20,000 nucleotides of DNA from an uncultured virus (IMG/VR IMGVR_UViG_3300037804_000366) (taxonomy: Duplodnaviria; Heunggongvirae; Uroviricota; Caudoviricetes), in IMG/VR virus record IMGVR_UViG_3300037804_000366. The stretch is one strand, 5' to 3'. Positions 8,201 through 15,712 of this stretch are shown piece by piece. The notes beneath the pieces were generated by a model. It made no database searches. It was not told the origin of the DNA and saw only the letters and a program-made list of their open reading frames with translations. Positions within the stretch are counted from its first letter, which is position 1. Each line of letters opens with the position of its first letter. A program made the translations under genes and the position numbers.

Positions 8201-8916
8201 AGCTAGAAGATTCCGTGGCAAAAATGGAAAGGCAAGCGATCAAAACATTCAACAGGCTTAAAGAAGATCTGGAAATACTTGCCGCGAGTAATGAAATAGA
8301 TTTTCGCTTTGACATAGGCGACTTAGCAGGAGCTATGGACATGATGGAAGCACTTGGTAATATGGAGGATAAGAAGTTCTTGGAGCGTAGAACTGAAACT
8401 CTTTCCAAAAAAATGGGGGACAAAGAAGCTGCAGAAATGGCGCAAAAGGAGTTGATAGAAAAGAAAAGAGCTAGAAGCGAACAGGTGCAGGGCAACGCGG
8501 CAAAAGCAAGGCGTAAACAGGACATTGCGGAGCTTGATTTAGCTGCGAGGATGGGCGATCCTAATGCCAAAAAAAAAGCCACGGCTATGAAGGATCGAGA
8601 CTTCTTAGAGGCTTCATTCAGGAAGAACTTAGGAGATTCTAAAGACCCAATGGACATAAGCACAGCCAAGAGTGCGGCCTTATCCGAACTAATGACGAAA
8701 AAGGTTGGTGAAGTACCAGAGGTTAAAACAATAAGTGATAGCTTTAGAAAAATAGGAGCAGGGGGAGGCGCGTCTAGTACTGACCCGCAGATCATTCTTG
8801 CGAGGAAAAGAACTGAAGCGTTAAAAGCGCTTGCTGACCTTACGAGAGATATGAAAGCCATTCAGCTCGACACGAAGGAAGTTATTGATAATAGATTAAA
8901 CTTTGACGTAAAATAA
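5230..8916 (+). CDS. Tail tape measure protein
   Basis: 1228 aa, Ala/Lys/Glu-rich and helical; tape-measure N-terminal signature FANETPFQMGQVAEASRML...LKKIGDAAA; hydrophobic Ala/Gly stretches with LANPITAVIAGLAAL. Confidence 0.92.
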   Translation: MAFDFKTVFSTAGADKLKAAFAGALEPAMIFASTGSKSAAIWGGMKSVILNNVLGPMALLSGAVLGVIGAVKLLVGNTEMLRKGMQKLKQIEFTEAQFKGLLGGVEVARERVESLYKFANETPFQMGQVAEASRMLEVLTKGALSTTENLKKIGDAAATAGADFSNVSMHVGRMYDGLQSGRPVGESAARLQELGLMSGQARAKIEDMTKAGNSFSEIWKVVSDELEKNEGGMKTMSQTIQGLETTLADAQDKMQAGFAEGFMEAEKESLERARSVAIALQEPLEKLGELFGAVAKVGSWVAGIFLRIAGGAKGLSTAINFAIDAFLMFAAAVMAAQVYTMVAGLLSLKSAFLASSQGAIMASSWNMVHTKGVWASIVALKGQSLANKMAGASAILAGGAYKLASVLVKSFTGAIAASFKVMLANPITAVIAGLAALAVGIWQVVSAYNKEQEAGAKVRKATQEITDKYKEQAAAVTTAAEKLSLLSSMYEGLSSASKDYEAALKDVEAGALSGLLGTDFNEGLQAVQGMEDRMYAIVAQMSKLNQMEKSRLRLSEARLALMQKEVELSKDLAKQGWDQKMAKANQAEQVSLLIQRQNELNEKIAKSSVDREHEVASKEYDDEIGGDKEVRKAEIEIEFGKKIAEQRALSDQMREGKDPANVVEDWMATDAGRQAMSAAAKEDPDRYVRGNLERYGNALLTNMTGGLNVAWSDTESTGMDVFKHDQFLQDTLKNDKRFKGGGYNNEADLIQQKADAMAAMEREYAEEKERKTGLVTIKNGQVDYDTGRTNRQKEMGQIAALESTLQAAARGEDEGGISMTKRDVSILEDAKKQLKEMVKDHEANVKEADNLANAIETIQDNLMAAANLRIIDTNEIEELRKVTKETLNAEKEKAAIMMNANKARIEAHNRSYDKGAGKSRQRAGDDLRDKQDRAGLLQAKIDAGGMSPDDLEDASRELSQLNRDIMTLEGVLKTFDEAEKKTKKWIDANKKLEDSVAKMERQAIKTFNRLKEDLEILAASNEIDFRFDIGDLAGAMDMMEALGNMEDKKFLERRTETLSKKMGDKEAAEMAQKELIEKKRARSEQVQGNAAKARRKQDIAELDLAARMGDPNAKKKATAMKDRDFLEASFRKNLGDSKDPMDISTAKSAALSELMTKKVGEVPEVKTISDSFRKIGAGGGASSTDPQIILARKRTEALKALADLTRDMKAIQLDTKEVIDNRLNFDVK

Positions 8917-8918
8917 TT

Positions 8919-9761
8919 ATGGGCTGTTTAAATTACTTACTAGAACAACCGGGTGCTACTATTACCATGAATCCTCATGGTATGGCAGGTGGCACTCTTT
9001 CGTATAAATGTGACCGCAGGGCTTCTTGCATGCTTGCAAGTAGTAAAATGATAGGTCCGGGTCATGTTCATCCTAGAGAACGTTGGTTGTATTGCAGTAA
9101 TGTAGTACACACGAATGATGGAGCATATGATATTATAAACGCCACCTACGAAGGACTGTCTCAAGACGCTATGCCAACTGGTGGATATTCATTGGGTACT
9201 ATACAGACGGCAATCCCACTACACGTAAACTATAAGGATAATCGTCCGGGCAGTTTTGCCGGCCCGATTGGAGAGGGTACTAGCCCCAATACGTACGGCA
9301 GGCTCTTGGATGAAGATGGCGCGTTTAAGGCATTCGGCCCACTCCCTGATGGTTTAATGAATCGTCCGCAGCCTGCCCCAGATGATGGAGCTGCAGAGTT
9401 AGAGGGAGTAGAGAATTTTCTACAAGCTGGTCAGTTGACTTTTAAATATGGCGCTCTACATAAAGAGAAATTACATGCGAGGTGTGGCCCAAAAAAAGAA
9501 CAAGCGCAGTCTGGGCGTTTAGCCAAGCAACACATTAGTAGTGTTGGGTATGTTTCTACCCCAATATCACAATCAATCCCTTATCTTGACCCGCCTTATG
9601 AAGAAGCAAATTGGTTGTTTGTTGCTCTTAATGAAGATGTTAGAACACAAAATGGTGGGAACGTTAGATTTTTTACGACTCAACTGGAGTTTTTAGCTAG
9701 TGGGCCGGGCGGATGGAATCCATTACTTTATAAAGACGTAGGCGCTACAAGGCTTCCGTGA
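8919..9761 (+). CDS. Putative distal tail / hub protein
   Basis: 280 aa directly after the tape measure gene; ends in GPGGWNPLLY; assignment mainly by synteny. Confidence 0.5.
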   Translation: MGCLNYLLEQPGATITMNPHGMAGGTLSYKCDRRASCMLASSKMIGPGHVHPRERWLYCSNVVHTNDGAYDIINATYEGLSQDAMPTGGYSLGTIQTAIPLHVNYKDNRPGSFAGPIGEGTSPNTYGRLLDEDGAFKAFGPLPDGLMNRPQPAPDDGAAELEGVENFLQAGQLTFKYGALHKEKLHARCGPKKEQAQSGRLAKQHISSVGYVSTPISQSIPYLDPPYEEANWLFVALNEDVRTQNGGNVRFFTTQLEFLASGPGGWNPLLYKDVGATRLP

Positions 9762-12268
9762 ATATAAACTTGCAGAAGCTGGACACTATTCGCACAGGTG
9801 CGAATATTTTTAATACCCTTACGGCGGATCGTATAAATGCCATACAGGACGCTATTAAAGAGCTTTCTCGTGGTCGCAATGTAGTAGCGGGAGACAATGT
9901 ACGGGTAACCCATGCAGGTGGAGCGGTCAATATATCAGCTACTCAAAAAAAAGACACGACGCAGTTTAGGGCAATACAAGAATATGCGTATTGCGCTAAA
10001 GACATGCAGCGACAATGCTCATATAATGGGAGACCAGACTATCAGCCATACAGAGACTTAAAAGGCATAGAGATACCACTTCCACGACCGAATAACATAT
10101 TCGACTTAAACTGCGAACCCTACCCAAACCCCCCGCTAAACGTATGGGAAAAATTAGAAAATACATACAACGTCGGTGCGGAGTTTATGGAGGACAAGGG
10201 GGATCATTTTGTTTTCACGAAGCCGGGGGTTTATGAAATAGAATTTGAATACACGGCAATGCACAAAGCGGATGCTTGTGAATGGAATAAGAATACCCAT
10301 AGTTTTGATTGTCTATTCTTTCCCGCATTGGGTAACAAGGGCACAACACCCGTATGGCTACAAGGACTTCAGCGGTGGGACTGGATACAAGGACGATATG
10401 AATGCGATGGTAAAGAACTCAGAGTTATTCATCCTGCGAATGCATATGTACAGTATTCAATACATGGAAAGCAACGCATACCTAATGACAATAATGTCTT
10501 ACTAGAGTTTTATGATAAAGAGAAGAAAGTAGGACTACGAGGAGATGCGGGAATAAAGTACAAAGGAGATTGTAGTTATATCCCAACCACGCCTGATTCT
10601 TGTGCGTTCGTGCGAGATGAGGGAACACCAGAAGGTGGAGGTTGTTCAGCTAGTTCGGTCGTAATTCAATACTGTTCTTTGTCTTCATCAGATAAACACA
10701 TAAATTTCAATACTTATAAATACAGTTTAACATCCGTACCGCACATCTGCTCATCTTCATACACTTGGGATTCACTATATGACCCCTGTGACACTACCTC
10801 TATTCAAGACTGGGATATCGACACGATCTACAATCCCGGCGACTGGGTAAATCGCAATGGTGAGTTTTTCATAAATACCCAGACTACCAATACGACTGAG
10901 CCATTACCAGATGATGATATATTTTGGAGTAAGCAAGACCCATGCGCTAACAATTACGATGTGGCTGTTTGCTCTGGGTCTTCTGTTACTACTCTTTATT
11001 TGGATGGTAACGTTGAAGCAGATGTTACTGGATCTATAAACGTACCAACTTGTAAGCTAAAAGGATACAAGACTTGTCCCGGCGCTACTGTTTGGTCGTT
11101 CACTCAATTTAACAATCAAAGGGTACACTACGATCAGAATAAAATTACTAAGATAGGTGACAATGAAACCGTCATTCATGGCGAGCTAGAGTTTGATGTT
11201 CCAGTCTCACTCACGAAGACTACAGCGAGTTGCGTCCATATAGTTAATGATTATGTGATAAAAAGCTCTATTGACAGCCAGATTTCATTTGCTAATAATT
11301 TGTCGGAAACACCATATAATTGTGGCGGATATGAAGGTAAGATTGACGTAGATATAACGATACCCACGGCTCTAGTTCCTACGACCAAAACCGTACACTA
11401 TCAGTACCCACGTTTTTCGACCACAACAGTAAGCTGCGGTGGTGCAACGGTAGATGTTGATATCGAAGATCCTACGATTAATATTCCAACTACAATAGCG
11501 AGCACACAACGTGATACTGTTAAGAAGTGGACGGCGGGAACTGATACGGTTAACTATGACACGGTAAATAACGATGGCAACGTAGTCATACAAAAGTACT
11601 CGCAGTCTACTAATACGTGCGCTGGTGGTACTTTGTCTGGACTCGCTTTTGAAGCGACTCTTGATATTCCCGTTGATGTTAAGGAAGGCGTGAAGCAGAT
11701 CATCGGTCAGGTATATATGCCTGAGTACACGACTGAATCAGAAAGCGTCATAACCGCTTGTCCTACGTTTTCTAGTGGAGACGTACTTTATAGCGTTACC
11801 CCAGTTAAGGGAACGGTTACGGATGCCGCGACTGGTACTATTAATCTTAATGTTCCGACTTCACTTGCCCCAACGACTACGACCGAAAATATTACTATTG
11901 CAGTACCAAGGATACAAAAGACCACTATTACTGTGCCACAAGTCCATAGCACCATAACTGAAAGCGTAACTACGGGGATAACGGAATCTGCCGCGAGCGC
12001 CCTTACTGGTCTTGACGTCACGACGTCAACTCAAGAAGAAGCGTTCGGTGGTACTATCTCTGTAAATGTTCCAACATCGCTTGATGTAGGAGAAACTGTA
12101 GTAGACGTAGAAATTGCTACGGATAAGATCACCACGGAAAGTGTCGTATTGGTAACGAATGTTACTGGAACTAATACGACTCTCAGCATTCCTACGATAA
12201 CCTCCGGCATGACTAGCGCGAGTGATTGTTGCTACTGTGACTGTGATGAAGAGGAGAGTGGAGATTAA
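9758..12268 (+). CDS. Tail tip / fibre protein A (Cys-, Thr-, Val-rich; contains a CBM5/12-like module)
   Basis: GTG start coupled by GTGA overlap; N-terminal LTADRINAIQDAI...VVAGDNVRV attachment-like segment; long beta-strand-type body with recurring (I/V)x(I/V)PT; ends CCYCDCDEEESGD. Confidence 0.65.
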   Translation: MNINLQKLDTIRTGANIFNTLTADRINAIQDAIKELSRGRNVVAGDNVRVTHAGGAVNISATQKKDTTQFRAIQEYAYCAKDMQRQCSYNGRPDYQPYRDLKGIEIPLPRPNNIFDLNCEPYPNPPLNVWEKLENTYNVGAEFMEDKGDHFVFTKPGVYEIEFEYTAMHKADACEWNKNTHSFDCLFFPALGNKGTTPVWLQGLQRWDWIQGRYECDGKELRVIHPANAYVQYSIHGKQRIPNDNNVLLEFYDKEKKVGLRGDAGIKYKGDCSYIPTTPDSCAFVRDEGTPEGGGCSASSVVIQYCSLSSSDKHINFNTYKYSLTSVPHICSSSYTWDSLYDPCDTTSIQDWDIDTIYNPGDWVNRNGEFFINTQTTNTTEPLPDDDIFWSKQDPCANNYDVAVCSGSSVTTLYLDGNVEADVTGSINVPTCKLKGYKTCPGATVWSFTQFNNQRVHYDQNKITKIGDNETVIHGELEFDVPVSLTKTTASCVHIVNDYVIKSSIDSQISFANNLSETPYNCGGYEGKIDVDITIPTALVPTTKTVHYQYPRFSTTTVSCGGATVDVDIEDPTINIPTTIASTQRDTVKKWTAGTDTVNYDTVNNDGNVVIQKYSQSTNTCAGGTLSGLAFEATLDIPVDVKEGVKQIIGQVYMPEYTTESESVITACPTFSSGDVLYSVTPVKGTVTDAATGTINLNVPTSLAPTTTTENITIAVPRIQKTTITVPQVHSTITESVTTGITESAASALTGLDVTTSTQEEAFGGTISVNVPTSLDVGETVVDVEIATDKITTESVVLVTNVTGTNTTLSIPTITSGMTSASDCCYCDCDEEESGD

Positions 12269-12270
12269 TT

Positions 12271-14223
12271 ATGGCTGACCCATGTTGCATTACAATTTCC
12301 GTACCTACTTATTCAGTAGTAGGTAGTTCGCAGACTGCTCTTGGCGACATTGAACTTACTACAGAAACTAAGTATTTAGCGGTAGTAGATGGTACGGAAT
12401 CACAAACCGTTCAAGTTACAATACCCACATACGATCTTGCGTTTGGGCCACCACAAACGTTTGATTTTACTGGCACGATAGACGTCAATACGGTTACTGG
12501 GGTAACGGCAACTACTGGTACATTTCTTACTGATGTCGGGGTTACCAATAAAACAATAAATATTCCTGTATTAGGGACGCAAAATTTAGATATAGCGCAA
12601 GTATATGGTACGACCAATCAGACGGTAGCAATATCACATACCGAATACGAGATTGCCACTTCCCCAATCGACATAGATTGGTCTACTGACATAAACATTG
12701 AATGCGTAACGGATATAACGCCAGCAACGCAATCAGTTCTAACAGGGATAAAAGCACCTTGCGAATCTAAAACCCTTAACTATTTAAGCTCCACGGGTAG
12801 CGTGCTACCACAAGATATCACTTTAGATGTTCCTACTTACACTTTAGAAACAGAAGCAAAAGTAATTAAAGGAGCTATTGATTCGGTCACGATACCTCCA
12901 TGCAATATTCCCGTTTTGTTACCTGATGGAAATTATACGGTACCATCATACTCTCCCGTCACTTCTAGCTTTAGCTATGCGAGCCTGCAGGATGCTGGCA
13001 ATGCGACCCTATACGACTACACCCTTAGCGGTAATACTCCAATTACCATAGAAGGCGCTACAGCCACTATACCCCCCTGCGACATACAGGTTCTAAGGTT
13101 TTGGTATAATCAACAAGGGAGCATACAAGTTCCCTCTTTTGATATAACTACATCCACGCAGACAGTTGAAGCGGATATAGTTATTCCTAGTTGTACCGTA
13201 TACTCATATTCGTGGGAGACCGACTATGCTTACCTGAAGGATTACTGGATTAAGTCTACTCCACGCGCCCTTGTATGTAAGTTTAATGACTATGACTTAG
13301 AGACCGAAAACAAGAAGCTGGATTATACGGCCAAGATAAAAGTACCGATTTATAAGACCGACGTAGAAAATAAACACTTTGATTACAACGTTCCAAATTT
13401 TGAAAAAATCGTAATACAAGATTGCCAAGTTCCAATAATAGAAGAAGTTAATGCATACGCGAAAATTGCAGGAAAGATTAAGGTTAATCTTGGTAAGATT
13501 GATGAAACAATAACCACGCCCCTGATCAGTTGCTCTACTATTCCAGTGCCAATTTATAGTACGGCAACACACACTATCGACTTTTCTTGCTCTACCAATA
13601 GTTACAGTTTGTCTGAAACAGTAGTACCAAACTCGATTACAGTTCCATCATATTCGCAAAGCTGTAGTTCTGTGTCATTAAAGAGCTATGCGAAAGCATA
13701 TTACAGTTCGTCTTCTATACCGTCTCGTACGCTTGTTCCTTGTAGTCCGGGAGGATATCAAAAACAGCCACCTACACCAACTTGGACAAATACAGGGAGG
13801 GCTAAACTTCGGCTTGATGTAGCTTATAGGAAAGGTGTAGCCAAGAAACTTGAGAAAGAGGGAAAAAATGTACCTGATGGATGGCACATGGATGATCCGG
13901 GATGTCAGTTGTGTATATTCGTACGCGATTATGATACTGGCGCTATACTGGAAGAGCTAGACAACTCAATAGACCTGTGGGGCTGGGTAACTGCAAAAGA
14001 TGCGGAAAATTCTTTTAATGACAAATTTGATCCGTTTGGCAATAAGGTTCGTGGAGATTCAAGATATGAACAAAATCCAATTGATCTTATAAAAGCCAAT
14101 TTACGGATTGAGCGACACCATCAATTGGAAAACGTGAAGTTTATTGACACCCCGCTTAAGTCAGGACACTTGAGCTACGAACAATTGAAACCGCATATGC
14201 CTTATCACAAGATTAAGTACTAG
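12271..14223 (+). CDS. Tail fibre protein B (putative antiparallel partner of A)
   Basis: Starts 2 nt after A with a GGAG SD; begins MADPCC; same (I/V)x(I/V)P(T/S)Y beta repeats; charged globular C-terminal region of about 150 aa. Confidence 0.65.
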   Translation: MADPCCITISVPTYSVVGSSQTALGDIELTTETKYLAVVDGTESQTVQVTIPTYDLAFGPPQTFDFTGTIDVNTVTGVTATTGTFLTDVGVTNKTINIPVLGTQNLDIAQVYGTTNQTVAISHTEYEIATSPIDIDWSTDINIECVTDITPATQSVLTGIKAPCESKTLNYLSSTGSVLPQDITLDVPTYTLETEAKVIKGAIDSVTIPPCNIPVLLPDGNYTVPSYSPVTSSFSYASLQDAGNATLYDYTLSGNTPITIEGATATIPPCDIQVLRFWYNQQGSIQVPSFDITTSTQTVEADIVIPSCTVYSYSWETDYAYLKDYWIKSTPRALVCKFNDYDLETENKKLDYTAKIKVPIYKTDVENKHFDYNVPNFEKIVIQDCQVPIIEEVNAYAKIAGKIKVNLGKIDETITTPLISCSTIPVPIYSTATHTIDFSCSTNSYSLSETVVPNSITVPSYSQSCSSVSLKSYAKAYYSSSSIPSRTLVPCSPGGYQKQPPTPTWTNTGRAKLRLDVAYRKGVAKKLEKEGKNVPDGWHMDDPGCQLCIFVRDYDTGAILEELDNSIDLWGWVTAKDAENSFNDKFDPFGNKVRGDSRYEQNPIDLIKANLRIERHHQLENVKFIDTPLKSGHLSYEQLKPHMPYHKIKY

Positions 14224-14486
14224 TATGTTACGGTCTCAGGATCTATTCCATCCTTTTTACAAATTAGCATTAATTGGTTTCTTATTTTCTTGAGAGCTTT
14301 CCATTCTATTTGCCTTATCCTTTCTCTGGTGAGACCGGCGATGTTGGATATCTCTTCAAGAGTCCACTCTTTTTGAGGACAGTTTTCTTCCGTCCATAGC
14401 ACGGCCGCTCTTATCCGTTCGTCGGCATCAGGGTACTGCGATTTTATGTCTGGGACGTCAGGGCAATCTATTGATGTCGCGTTCAA
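14220..14486 (-). CDS. Stand-alone sigma70 region 4 HTH protein
   Basis: WTLEEISNIAGLTRERIRQIEWKALKKIR closely matches the RpoD region 4.2 consensus (TLEEVG..F.VTRERIRQIE.KALRKLR); no region 2 in 88 aa; start codon uncertain. Confidence 0.85.
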   Translation of the reverse strand: MNATSIDCPDVPDIKSQYPDADERIRAAVLWTEENCPQKEWTLEEISNIAGLTRERIRQIEWKALKKIRNQLMLICKKDGIDPETVTY

Positions 14487-15165
14487 CTTTCCTGAAGACC
14501 CTTTCTTTTACTTCTTCTTCCACGATAGATTTAACTTCATCTCCGTGTTGTTCTATTAGCCCAGTCGCATGCAGCCCCATGACTAGCACATAATAACCAG
14601 ACTGCGTGATTTGTAAATCAAGATTGCCGATGTACCTTACATATTCATCCACGATGGATGAATTATTGACCATTGAAAGAGTCAACCCCTCTCCGTGGTT
14701 TCCCTTGAAAAAGGTTGGAAACTTTAACTTCCCGCCACTTATAAAGCAGATTAAGCTTTGCCCTCCCTTATCGCTGGTTTTTATTTCTTTCGTAGGCTCA
14801 AGAAACCCACCCTGCATTGGATTGCATTCTGACAAAAAGCGTCCGTCATCTATGGCAATGTTCATAAATGCCATCTTGCCTTCAAACTGAATTAGGTGAT
14901 TTTTGATCCCTTCATTAAAAAGAACCCCCTCCATTGCGAAAACAAAAGGATCTTCGGCATGCTTGGCTATAAAGTCCAGCTTTCCTTCGTATCCACTTTC
15001 AAAATGAAAACTACAAAAGCCGGCATAGCTTTCCAAGAGTCGGGCTTCTTGTTGAAATGGGTCGCTTGTACCTATTATTATCTCACAACCCTCTATGCAG
15101 TCTCTCGCGGAGTTTGCGGTTGACCAGACTCTTTCGCGATTCTCTCCCCATATTAAAACTTTCAC
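14458..15165 (-). CDS. Hypothetical protein, possibly degenerate GT-A (GT2-like) fold
   Basis: GTG start at 15165, one base after the upstream stop, with GAGG SD (MKVLIWG...). Beta-alpha pattern recalls a GT2 N-terminus but there is no clear DxD. Confidence 0.5.
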   Translation of the reverse strand: MKVLIWGENRERVWSTANSARDCIEGCEIIIGTSDPFQQEARLLESYAGFCSFHFESGYEGKLDFIAKHAEDPFVFAMEGVLFNEGIKNHLIQFEGKMAFMNIAIDDGRFLSECNPMQGGFLEPTKEIKTSDKGGQSLICFISGGKLKFPTFFKGNHGEGLTLSMVNNSSIVDEYVRYIGNLDLQITQSGYYVLVMGLHATGLIEQHGDEVKSIVEEEVKERVFRKVERDINRLP

Positions 15166-15166
15166 T

Positions 15167-15712
15167 TTAGCTTTCCTCCTCAAGTTTCTGCAGTTCCAGT
15201 CTGAGTGCTGCCATTTTCTTTGCTCTCTCTGGGTCTTCTGGCGCAGGGATTGCGCCCACTTGCTGATCAACGATATGGGATTTTTTAATTTCTTTACCGA
15301 ACTTAAATACAACATGATGATAGTCTTCTACTAGGTTTTGCTCGATAACTAATTCGTTATCTTTCGACTCGAAAATTATAAGATGAGACTCCTTGGGGTA
15401 AATCCTACCAACGGTATAGTTTGCGATACCACCCAAAGCTGGCGCTAGTTTCGGAGTATAAATTCCAATTATGCCATCATACTTAAGGGTCGCGGCTTGC
15501 CCTTTTGGAACTTTAACTGCTGTGCATTCCGCATCACCGAAGGGTAGGGCGTTGTTCATTTCATAAAGAGGAGCTTCCATGTAAGTCTCATACTTCCCCC
15601 ACGCGTCGAGCCTTTCAAGTATAGGTGGGGTAATGCTCACAAGCCCCTGTGCGAAAAATGGGCTGTAATTGAAAAAATTGAAATCAATTATTTTCTCAAA
15701 ACTGTCATTCAT
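15167..15712 (-). CDS. Hypothetical protein
   Basis: 181-aa ORF tightly coupled to both minus-strand neighbours; no family recognised. Confidence 0.6.
   Translation of the reverse strand: MNDSFEKIIDFNFFNYSPFFAQGLVSITPPILERLDAWGKYETYMEAPLYEMNNALPFGDAECTAVKVPKGQAATLKYDGIIGIYTPKLAPALGGIANYTVGRIYPKESHLIIFESKDNELVIEQNLVEDYHHVVFKFGKEIKKSHIVDQQVGAIPAPEDPERAKKMAALRLELQKLEEES

Noticed and set aside
8569..8577. A9 homopolymer in the tape measure gene as a phase-variation or slippage site
   Set aside because: Encodes Lys-Lys-Lys in frame; ORF intact; no supporting structure.
7950..8861. 303-aa antisense ORF within the tape measure gene
   Set aside because: Ser/Leu/Phe-rich shadow of a Lys/Glu/Ala helical gene; no independent signals.
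9758..14223. DNA-level inverted repeat, invertible segment or DGR target explaining the A/B symmetry
   Set aside because: Symmetry is in residue spacing only; I saw no nucleotide repeat, recombinase or reverse transcriptase in the window.
15166..15315. N-terminal 50 aa of the 285-aa ORF in the track
   Set aside because: Overlaps the upstream gene by about 150 nt; a coupled GTG with SD at 15165 is more plausible.
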